The translations under genes and the position numbers were made by a program. A DNA stretch of 64,000 nucleotides from Paragordius varius (lineage: Eukaryota; Animalia; Nematomorpha). Below, one piece after another: positions 1-10,611 of the stretch (positions are counted from its first letter, which is position 1; the number at the start of each line of letters is the position of its first letter). Under the pieces are notes generated by a model. The model was given only the letters and a program-made list of their open reading frames with translations. It made no database searches and was not told the origin of the DNA. The stretch spans positions 7,378,001 through 7,442,000 of the forward strand of contig OZ176052.1 of the NCBI GenBank assembly GCA_964247055.1. The letters run 5' to 3'.

Positions 1-37
1 CAGACTTATCACGAATGTATGTTTTTTATACAAATAT

Positions 38-150
38 CTTACTGTCTTATGCTTACTGTCTTACTATCTTACTGTCTTACCGTCTTACTATCTTACTGTC
101 TTAACGTCTTACTATCTTTCTGTCTTACCGTCTTACTATCTTACTGACTT
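38..150. repeat. Minisatellite of 8-bp units (CTTACTGT/CTTACCGT/CTTACTAT) with a 24-bp higher-order period
   Basis: About 13 consecutive CTTAxxxT units read directly; a three-unit pattern recurs about four times. Confidence 0.9.
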
Positions 151-299
151 AAATTCACATCAGTCTATATCTTAGCGAAATTATATATGTCATGATTTTT
201 GGTTTAAAAATGTAATATGAATATTTATAATTTTAACCGCTATCCAAAGCAATCAGGTAATTACCATAAATATTAATAGGCCTAGACTTATTTTTGTTT

Positions 300-3200
300 T
301 AATTACACTAAACAAGCTATATAACGCTTTTTAAAAAAATCAACGAATCATATTCATAATATTGAAACCAAAATATATATTTTAACATAAAAAGCTAAAA
401 AATATCACGTAATACTTTATAACATTTTGGTCATTTTTATCAGTTGTGGGGATAATATCGTGGACTTTATTGGTGGAAAACTCAGGATCTGTCAGCAACT
501 TGTGATAATTTATGGATTCAAAATTAAGGATTATTGTTTCAAAGGTTAAATGCCTATTTATGTAACTATCACTATTGGCTGAGACAACAAAATTGGAATT
601 ATCCAACAGAAGTGAAAATCTTAATATTTCGCCTACGACCGTGCACACCTAAACATATAAATTGATAAATACAACTATAATAAAGTTAATTAATTAATAT
701 GTTTAATTAATTGTGATATAATAAAAATATAATTTGACACCCAATTATGGAATCAAATAGTGTGACATCTCCTTTATCCAGATTGTGGATATGTTATATC
801 TTAAATAGTAAAAATAAATAAAAATGCCTTTAATTATTTTAAAGATGATAATAAAAATTAAGAATCTTGTATAATTCTCATTGTAAAAACAGGATTAATT
901 GACGATTTTTATATTAAATAATAAAATCAAATAAACTGATATGTAATATAAAACTAATTAACTAGAGTAAGTAATACGAAATAATTTAATTTTACATTAT
1001 GGTTATTTTAAAATATAGATATCCGTTTCATATCAAAAAAATCTATTATATAATAGATTGAACTAAAAAATTTTAATGACACATCTAGGGTTGTGCCAAT
1101 TAGTCAATGACCTAGGGTCATGACCTAGGTCATGACCACGAAAAAAAATGACCTAGGTCAATTTTTTTTATTTTTTTAATTTTACCATTTTTGGGAAAAC
1201 AAAACCTTATATTATCTATATATGTATTATTTTGTTTTAAATATCATACGATACACATCTTTTCTTTACTTCCGAAATTATAATGAAATCAGCCTTGTGG
1301 AAATTTTTCGATCAAAAAAAATCAAGTTACTTGCAAGAAATGCAATTACACTATATATATTTAAATAAAAACCGAATGAAGAAACATCTAAAAGAAGTTC
1401 ATGAAATAAATTATATGACAGAGGGTGATGGTCGAAAGCAATCTAATCATTAAATTTTTTAATTAGTCTTAAAAATTTTTGTTTTTGAGAGAAATTAGCC
1501 AGAAACATTTAGCAAAATTTATTTTTACATCCTCAACTCTTAACATAGTTGAAAATAAACATTTACGGAGTTTCATTTATAGTTTAAATCTAATTATGCT
1601 ATTCCAAATAGAAAACAGATCAATTAATGACTAGATTCGTGTTATGAAGATATAAAAATAGAAGTTATTGGAATATGTAAAAATAATATTTCATTAATCG
1701 TCGATCCCTTTACCAATATTCGTAGGAAGCAAATTAATATTATTTATTGGCCAAGGATCTCAATCATTTTTTATGACACATCTTATCATAGTAAGACTGC
1801 CGAAAGTTTCTATAACATAATGGAACCAATAAAAGATATTCGAAATTTAAAAATTAATGCCATTGTGACCGATAATTCCAGCGAACTGAAGGCTGCTCAA
1901 AATTTGATTAATAAAGAAAATCCTAATATAATATGGCATAAATGCCAATGTCATATTTTAAATAATTTGATTAAAATATATATTAAACTTAATAAGATTA
2001 CTGAAATTTTAAATGTAGTGAGCACGATTATATATTAAATCTAATAAATCGTATAAAAAATTTTCAAGTATATATTTTTTTTGGCATCCTAAGTTAACGT
2101 TAAGTTCATGGACAAGGACTCGTTTTTACACAATCTAAATAATTAGAGCATAGGTTTCAATAAATCCATATTTTCTTCTTAGTCTTAGCTTTCTGTGATT
2201 TGAAACTTTCTATAAGTCTTTATGTATGTTTCCAGGAAAGATCGTCAATTTTAGAAATTTAAATTAATAGTATTGGTGAAAGTATAATTTTAAAAAAATA
2301 TATACTTTATGTAAAAACCTTTTTTATGTAATTAAATCAAGTATTTATGTATGTAGTTCTTTATTATTGGCAATAACATATGGTATGACCTAGGTCAGAC
2401 CCCCTTTTTCAAAAAAAGGGGGTCAAAATCACAACCCTAGACACATCTAACATATATATCTTTTACTCATTAATACCTTATTAAAATCTGACACTGTCGA
2501 AGCTTTCATTTCTCTCCAAGTTCGTATGTATAAGTTGATTGTTAAGACATAAATTTCATATAAACAATGTTTTCGTGTGTAAAGAAGTAAAAGCAATGAT
2601 GTAGGAGCATTGGTGAAATTCAAAACGGAATATTCTAAATTTATGGGGATAAAAATTGAATAAATTTCAATATTACGGTGGTAAATTAAAAGGGATAAAA
2701 ATTCAAATAAAAAGGTTTTAGTTTAGACACAAAAAGTATATATACCTTTTAAGTGCTTCAATGAAAAATAGTCTACGATTGTATTAACAACAAACATGAT
2801 AACATCAATGGCCTTTAACAATTTTTGTCCATTATTTTCCGTTTCTAAGTATTCCATAATCTAAACAAACGAATAATTTAATTGTAATAATTGTTACAAG
2901 TTGCTTCATTTATATATTTGAATCATATTATTTTATAGCGAGCACTGGACAGCATTTAATTTCGTCTTAAATGACTTGAATAAAATTGAAAGCGTTTTAT
3001 CGTTAATATCCGTCGATATTTATGGACCCAAAGACACAGCACAAATTGATAACAAAAGATAGTTCAATACCTTTTCAAAGTTTGAAGAATATGACGAACT
3101 GTGATATAATATACATTTCACAGCAAAGACTCCTGTATCGCTTTCCTCCAAAAATTTTTTAATAGATTGGTTCTAAAAATATATACATCATAATTTATAA

Positions 3201-6200
3201 ACTGCCTATATATATATATATATACTTTATAAACACCCATTATTTGGATTAATTGTATGATTATGGAAAATTCCATTTTTTAGTTCATTTATAAAAATCA
3301 TGTATAATGGACGACCATGTTAAAATTATGAAAATCAGGTAAAAAATTAAAATTATATGATTTAAATTTATTTACCCGAGGTAATTAGATATTTCATTAT
3401 AATTATATATAATATACCATTTTATTCTTTATACATAAAACAAAAAAGTTATACTTATACAAAATTAAAGTAACATTTTAGATATAAAAACAATTTTGGA
3501 ACATATTAGTAGATCGAGAAACGTGAATTTAATATGCAAATGCATTAAACTAATTATATTCCATTTCAACAAACACAAATTTTAGTTTTCTAATCGGTTC
3601 TTTAGTAAGTGATTTTCATGATTATTTTTAATTTATTTATAAACTTCAAATATTTTTAATCAAAATCGTTTATCATTAACGTTCGATGGCGCAGTCATAT
3701 TTATAACATAATGTCCATAAAACATTTTACGATCCTTATTCAAATAAAACTTTGGAGTATTTTTTTTTGTCCAGGATGTAAAACTTATTAAAATTCTTTA
3801 AAAATATAATTATTAAACATTATTTATGTGTATTATATTACTTAAAAACCATTTATTTTTTCAGTTTTTTAATTTAATAATTCGGAAAACTCCAAAATCC
3901 AATTAAATATAAGGGGCGAATTTTCAAAATCGAAAATTAACGAAAAACTCCTGCAAGATTATAAGTGAATGTACACAAAGTTAATTTAAATTATTTTTTT
4001 ATCCCCATATATTTGTGCCACTCTTTTTGCAGATTTTATATATGAAAAATTCGGCGACTAAAGGATCGAAGAATTTTATGATATTACATTTTTTAAAAAT
4101 ATCTTTTTTAATAAGGCGCCAAAAAGGCCATCAAACACATATGATCTGATCCAATATGGTGGCAAACTAAATTAATTATATGGTCTACTAGGTGAAAAGG
4201 TAAACTTGATTGCAAGGATATTGTACAATATCATAATCATCCAGAGCATTCTCAAGGTTATATTTTGAATTTAATTTGCTTTCCACATCAGCAAGAAGAT
4301 ATCTATGATTCTTTTCAATTAAAAAATATGAGTTAATTAAATTTTCAGGTTAAAACAAATAATTTTTACTTCATAGTGTGTATCCAAAGGTACTAATAGA
4401 TTAAATACAGGCCTGAGAATATGGATTTGAAGCAAACACAATTTTTCAACAATATCGGAATGCACGGGATATGGCTTAAAAAATGTCTATAGATAGATAA
4501 TTAAATATTTGTAAAAATATAAATTGATTTTATTTCGGAAAAGATAAATATAAATTACGACAAACCTTAACAATAACATGATTTATATCGGGTTGCATTG
4601 CCAATATTTTTTCAACGGTATCTAGGTGCTATACAAAATATTAGATACATAGTCATTTTCAGGATTAAAAACTTAAACTATTTGTATTTTTTAATAAAAT
4701 ATAATTATAAATAGCATGGCTTAAATTATATATTTAAAATTAACATAATATTATTAGAATATAATTACATTTTAGGGTATGTTATACTGTGAATTAGATA
4801 ACTACTTGAATAAAATACAGAGGCCTTGACTTTAATTTTAAACACTTATGAATAATCTGGGTAAAAATACATATGAAATTGTTAATAACATTATTTTAAA
4901 CTTTTAGAAAAATTCTTTTATAATCATATATCACTATTTTTAATATAGAAGAGTATTAAAAAGGGAAATCACGTATAATTAAAAAGCAAAATGATTTAAT
5001 ATGCAGTCTCATGCATAAGAGATAATATTCTTTTTTTTAAAATTTTACTTGAAAAAATCCCAAATATATTTATTTACCAAAAACAAAATGATTTTATTAA
5101 TTTTTAAACTCATTAGTTTATTTCACTTTTATTAAGTTTAACTTTAAAATTCAAATTGTTTAGCATCGATATAAGTAAAACAAATTACCATTTTTACGTC
5201 ATTATGATATATGGTATCAAGTAAAACCACCATAAAATTTAGCAAAGACAAATGCAACTCGTGTTCCATGCTAAATTATGTTATTATCAAAATAAACCTG
5301 TTAAAATATAATGTTAACATTGGGGGTAGATTGATTGATTGAATAAACGAGAAGTTGCATCTTAAAAAAATAAAATAAACATTTAATTAATTAATACGCA
5401 TTGAAATAGTAATTTGTATTTAAAAGTGATGGTATACGAAAAACAAATAATTTACTCATTGCTAGATAATTAACAAAATTATCAAAATGTTTTTTTAACA
5501 AAAATCTTAATACAATTGATGTGTTAAATATCACATAATTTACAAACAAAAATTAAATACTACATAATGTCATCTTATAAATATAAAAGGAAATACAATG
5601 GAATGATGGCTGACAAAAAGTTAAATATGCGGGTACAAACTTGTCCGTGATATATTATTTGCAAATTATTCAAAATATCGATAATCTAAAACTATTATTA
5701 TATTACAGACTTTGGGTATGTACTCTTCAAGATTAGAGACATCTAGAGCCTCGGTTGTAAGCATGTTATGTAAACAAAATATAAGCTCAGACAATATATT
5801 TAGTTTTGTGTTTCTAACATGTATAATAAATTACTCGTCGGATATATCTAATTTTCGAAAATCTAAAAAATAATTAAAAGCTTTTAGTAGAGAATTAAGT
5901 CCATTGTTTTCAATAAATATTTCATTAAAATATGAGTCTTTGGTATGGCGATTAAATATTAAGAGCTTTTCACTAAACTCTTTTCCGTTAAATAAATCGC
6001 TAACAGCATTTATAACATAATAATTTGATGTCGTTTTCAGTCCGAGCTTATTTAATGTTTCTGCATATAGGCTGCTTTTGCAAGCAAACTCTTTCTCGGT
6101 AGTAAGATTGGATAATATTTGGATGATGTCATTACAAATTCGATACTAAAAGAATTATATAGGATATACAGGCGAAGTTTGGATATGGATAATAGCATTA

Positions 6201-6433
6201 TCTTTTATTTCCTTGAAATTCTAATTTGTATGATAAAAAAACCTTATTGGTTATAAACGTTCCATTGTCACTCACAAGGGCATATTTTTGGTAATCAGGT
6301 AAATTCCACCTACAAATTAATATTTTAACTACTTTTCACAAATAATTTTAAGTAAGAATAAGGGATCGCTGGTTGTGGGAACTGAAATATTTTGTGAAAC
6401 TAACCCGTCTTTTTTAACAACTAATTTGAGCAT
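300..6433 (-). CDS. ELMO: Divergent ELMO/CED-12 family protein, multi-exon, 3' end probably outside window
   Basis: ATG at 6433. Splicing GT-AG introns at 6310-6332, 6221-6242, 6146-6169, 5814-5834 and 5686-5710 gives an open frame MLKLVVKKDG...ICEKWNLPDYQKYALVSDNGTFITNKNFKEIKDNAIIHIQTSP...YFNEIFIENNGLNSLL, resembling the ELMO N-terminus (W-x-L...YAL...ITE-x-N-x-x-EIKNG-x-IL-x-L-x-x-SP; F-x-x-EFI-x-x-x-G). Later exons give EESDTGVFAVKCILY (about 3150) and INLYIRTWREMKASTVSDFNK (2477-2540), matching ELMO TWKEMRATSEDFNK, joined in phase 0 to VCTVVGEILR (648, ORF 382-648). Exons between about 5600 and 3300 are only partly resolved. Confidence 0.72.
1086..2439 (+). mobile_element. Internally deleted hAT DNA transposon inside an ELMO intron
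   Basis: TIRs TAGGGTTGTG (1086) and CACAACCCTA (2430-2439); perfect 8-bp TSD GACACATC at 1078-1085 and 2440-2447; transposase remnants (WKFF...CKKC BED-finger-like; AIVTDNSSE...KCQCHILNNL in ORF 1820-2038; SWTRTRF); subterminal palindromes TGACCTAGGTCA. Confidence 0.92.
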
Positions 6434-6484
6434 GCTTTTTATAAATATGTTTTTAGGAACATCGGTTATTTCACATGATTTTGG

Positions 6485-7100
6485 CTTTCATAAGTTGCTA
6501 TAACACTGATACAACGCCTTCATTTCAGTCCTTTGAGTAAAATTGGGGTGGTTGGATATCCTTCATGAAAAAATATAGAATAATTTAAAACCATTGCAAA
6601 AGTTTGCACTTATACAACATTAATCCGAAAGATTAAAAAAGTGATTCAAATATACTTCAAATCAGTTATTCAGAGGTAAAACCCAAAGGTAATAATCTAG
6701 CCAACAGGACATTCTTTATAAGTTAAATATAGTAATTATGCAAATATACCATTTTTTCTGTTTATTGAATAAACTTAATTTTAGCCTTTTAATCAATTAA
6801 ACACGATATTTTTTCAAAACTAAATTATTTTTAGAAATCTTACCTTATTTATACAATATTTATTAGGATAGAAGCATCAATTTAAATTAAAACTGCTTTC
6901 AGTAGTTTTTTAAAAATATCAACTTAAATATAGTTTGAGGATTTAGATATACTAATTTAAATTAAAGTGATAAACATTTTAAAGTTAGGGAGAGTGATCG
7001 ATTACATTATTTTGACACTTAACTATTTAAAACAGATTGCTCAGCAATCAAAACTAATTTTTTTTAGTAATATTTAAAAAATTGTTACGAATTCTAACAA
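6485..7100 (+). pseudogene. Degenerate copy A of an unidentified coding family (paralog of 24950-25813)
   Basis: Nucleotide and peptide similarity to ORF 25430-25813: GATACAAC..TTCATTTCA...AAATTGGGGT; TIAKVCT vs TMAKVCI; EVKPKGNNL vs KVKSKRKNL; downstream DLDILI vs YLDISI. Stops and frameshifts present. Confidence 0.65.
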
Positions 7101-7265
7101 ACACCATAGAAAAATACATTTTGGGGTATCTGTGCCAGATCTCATCTAATAAATTATTTTAAATTTGTCTAAGTATAATTATTAAGAACTTAGCTTAGTA
7201 ATTGGATAAATCGCTTTTTCTATATCTTTCAGGATCTAAAATTTATAGTGCAACTTAAGTTATAA

Positions 7266-8350
7266 CAGTGGTATTCGCCAAAATATTTTCACGTGCCAAT
7301 GAAATATCTATGTCCTGAGGACCGTCTACCATATAATATCTAAATATTAGATATCTGTTAAATATAAACATATCTAAATAAGTCCAAAAATTTTTGCGGG
7401 TCAAAGCAGCAAAAATATTTCATGGCCTTTTAATTTATATAATAAAAATATTTTTATACAAAATTTCACGATTTTAAATACGTTTTCATTGGCCAACATT
7501 CCGTCGTCTATATGAACTGTCAAGCGATTTCTCAAAGTATTTTTGGCATTCATTTTGATATGCCGCCTCTAATATATAAGTTGAAGAAAAGTGAGGCTAA
7601 CTTGGGCCCATTTATATTTTCATATTATTTGGCACATCTTGCTAAAACTTAATATATTTTTCTTCTTTGTGATTGTCGTTAAATGCTGATAATTTTGAGT
7701 CTTTTTTGAAATCAATAAAATTCTCAAGTGCATGACTAAATCCAAATTGCATAAGTTGCTTAATATTTGTTAATCTATATGCCACGGATTTTCAACGAGT
7801 TTTAGGCATTTTATATTTAATTCCTTAAATCTGGAGTGCATCTCATTCAATAATGTTAAATGATTATCTATAACTGAATTCCATGTTATTTCATTTCTTG
7901 AGTCTGAGAATCAAAAATACAAATATGTTTAATAAAATTATATGTTATTATTTTTACTCAAAAAAATATATGATTTGCAAACTGAGTAATAATTGTCTCC
8001 TTGATTTGTGTTGAAAACATTGATATTATTAATAATAATGACAAATGATTGAACCAATCATTTGTTATTAATGATATCTTTGTAAAACTTTTGGTTCTCT
8101 TTTATAAATTATATTAATTTATTAATTAAGGCAAAATCTATTTGCTCAGCCTTAATCATCTTACGGCAGTGTACAAAAGTGTATCTTTAAGTTCACTTTG
8201 GATATCTTTAAAATATTTTCGAATCTATGGTAGAATCTATCACGGATGTAGTTAACTATATCGACAACCGTTTTAATACTGAATTGAGTTCATAATCTTT
8301 TACATGCGACACTTATACTTTGCTGATGGATAAAACAATAAATGGTTAAA
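7266..8350 (-). mobile_element. Degenerate hAT (Buster/Charlie-like) transposase remnant
   Basis: Minus-strand peptides VVDIVNYIR, LLYTAVR*L (cf. LL-x-HTEVRWL), HL-x-x-L...SRF...VENPW, FSSTYILE..., KNTLRNRL; TIR-like CAGTGGTATTC at 7266. Other end not found. Confidence 0.7.
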
Positions 8351-8719
8351 GGTTTGTTTTGTTTTAAAAAGAAAAAAGTCCCTTATTAAGCCATGAAAGG
8401 ACAACCATTTTTATAATTGAGACCAATTTTTATATAGAAATACCATTATTAATAAAAAATTCTAACTATATAGAGAAAATCATTACCTTTCGTGCTATTG
8501 TTCACCGGTAAAAATTTTAGATATTCCTCGCCTATTGTTTTGTCATTATTTGGTGAATTTTGTAATGCACAGTTTTTATAATTTAAAGACAAACGAATAT
8601 TTAAATCAAAATTCTGAAGTGATAAAAATTTTCAGCATCATTTAATTATATAAAAAGGTGTGCACTCCTCTGAGTATCAGTCATGTACTCTTTTCTGATA
8701 CCTTTTCCTTCTTCTTTAA

Positions 8720-9140
8720 AATGTTTGAAAAAGTATGCATTTGAAAAATATTTTTAGTTGATATAAATTAGCATATATTTAAAATTTTCATCGCGCACCC
8801 GGCATTTTTGTGTTGATTTTAAGAGGACCCCATTTTAGAACAAAAAATTTGGGCTTTTGGAGGCCACATCTAAAAATTATAATTTTTAAAAAAATATTGC
8901 TTTTTTATATACAGTTTATGATATATTTTAGTGATATTTTTTGGAATGAAACCGCTTTCACCACAAAAAATTTTATTAAATAATGTACGCAAATTTTGCC
9001 ATTTTTTGATATAGAGCTTTTACCACAAAAGTGTAAATAATTTCTTGAACTCGTAAAGCCAAAACCCAAAGCAAGATGATAATCCTTATACATTTTCCTA
9101 TCAATATATATGTATATATATATTTTATCAGGTTATTTTT
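8720..9140 (+). repeat. Unclassified dispersed repeat, copy 1
   Basis: Shares AAAAAGTATGCATTT, GGAGGCCACATCTAAAAAT, TTACCACAAAAGTGTA and ATGATAATCCT.ATACA with 49060-49400. Confidence 0.75.
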
Positions 9141-9777
9141 TGGTGGACATTGTGAAATGAATCGCTTTTATATTTCTGATAAAAGTAAAAATACATTACC
9201 TGAAAAAATTAATTTTATTAATATTATCAACAAAGATACCAACATTTATCAAAAATTTTAAAAAAATTGATGTCTAGTATTGTATTATTACACTGGTCTA
9301 TCCAAAAATAAGTAAGTCACAAAGGCACTTAAAATAATAAAGTTTTATTTATACATACATACATTTTTTGAATAAAAATTCCATCTATTTAATTAATTTT
9401 AATAATAAATATTTAGAGAAGTAGGTAAAGAAATAATTATATTATAAATATGGATGGTATTGCTACAGTGGAGGTCGACTTTTTGCAATATTGTAAAAAA
9501 ACATCTCCATAAATTTTCAATTTTTTGTTATAATGTTGAGTTCTGCCAAGGTTGCATATTTTAATGTATGAAAAAATTCCGGTAACAATAAATAAATAAA
9601 ACTTATTTGGAATATAAGTGAAAACATTCATTAAAGATATAAGATAGGATACGAAACCCCTCGATAGTAATCGAAGACTCGTTTCGTGCTTGTTAAAACT
9701 TATCCGTATGACACGACTATTTGACCTGAGGTCACATAGAAATTTAGTATTATATATACCATTTCCCAGTAAAAAAA

Positions 9778-9945
9778 CGTTTTCCCAGTCAATCGAAATA
9801 TTTTCCCAATCAATCTAAACGTTTTCCCAGTCAATCGAAACATTTTCCAGTCAATCGAAACGTTTTCCCAGTCAATCGAAACATTTTACCAGTCAATAAA
9901 AACATTTTCCCAATCAATAAAAACGTTTTCCCAGTCAATAAAAAC
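9778..9945. repeat. Tandem array of about 8 x 21-bp units (ACGTTTTCCCAGTCAATCGAA)
   Basis: Read directly; units are contiguous with no spacers. Confidence 0.9.
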
Positions 9946-10311
9946 GGTTTTATTTTTGATGATAAATATTAAAACAAGATATAAAAATAACTTTTAACCA
10001 TTATCAGCGTAATATTAATATATTATTTTTTTAAAAAATATAAATTATTGAATGACAATTTTTCTTACTATATTCCAGTGCACAATTATTAATGACTTAT
10101 CCTTTAAAAGTTATATTTTTGGAATTTGAGATGTTTTTAAGATAATATTGTTTATTTTATTGATGGTTCGCATTAATATTTGCGGCTAACTTAAAAAATT
10201 TATAGTTACGGATGAAATAATAACAATAAAAATATACAATTTTTATCTCAAAGGTCATTTAACACTTCTTGGATCTTAACATAAATTTTACCCTAATTTT
10301 ATATTATTAAT

Positions 10312-10611
10312 CATATGGTCCATCGGGGGCTTAACGCGGCCTTCCCAGTATCTTTGTGCGGCTCGCGAAAAATTTGAAAATACATATGCAAATACCCACA
10401 AATCTTAGTTATATTCATATTTCTTACACTATTATTCTGAATGAGTCTATTAAATTGGTAACGAATTAAAAAAATTGTTATAGCGTGTTTGTATTTTACA
10501 GTCTTATGTCTAATTGAAAAATTATGTGAATGCCCGTATATATTTCGAATGCCGAACGGTGTGCTTTTTGAGTTAAAAATGCGGCCCGCGAAGGTTGGTT
10601 GGACACCCTTG
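10312..10611. mobile_element. hAT (Buster-like) MITE, degenerate copy
   Basis: Ends GCGGCCCGCGAAGG..GTTGGACACCCTTG, like the copies at 16473-16774 and 54887-55189; left TIR and TSD decayed. Confidence 0.6.

Noticed and set aside
300-6433. Micro-intron region as contamination or a chimeric join from another organism
   Set aside because: SLC5A has both micro-introns and long introns, and the unknown family and repeats are shared across the window.
7200-7345. Minus-strand exon-like peptide (YYMVDGPQDIDISLAREN...) with apparent micro-intron
   Set aside because: Overlaps the terminus of the Buster remnant and copy A; could not be extended into a consistent frame.
9778-9945. Regular 21-bp repeats resembling a CRISPR array
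   Set aside because: No spacers, eukaryotic context, and the unit is mirrored at the other end of a TA-flanked element.
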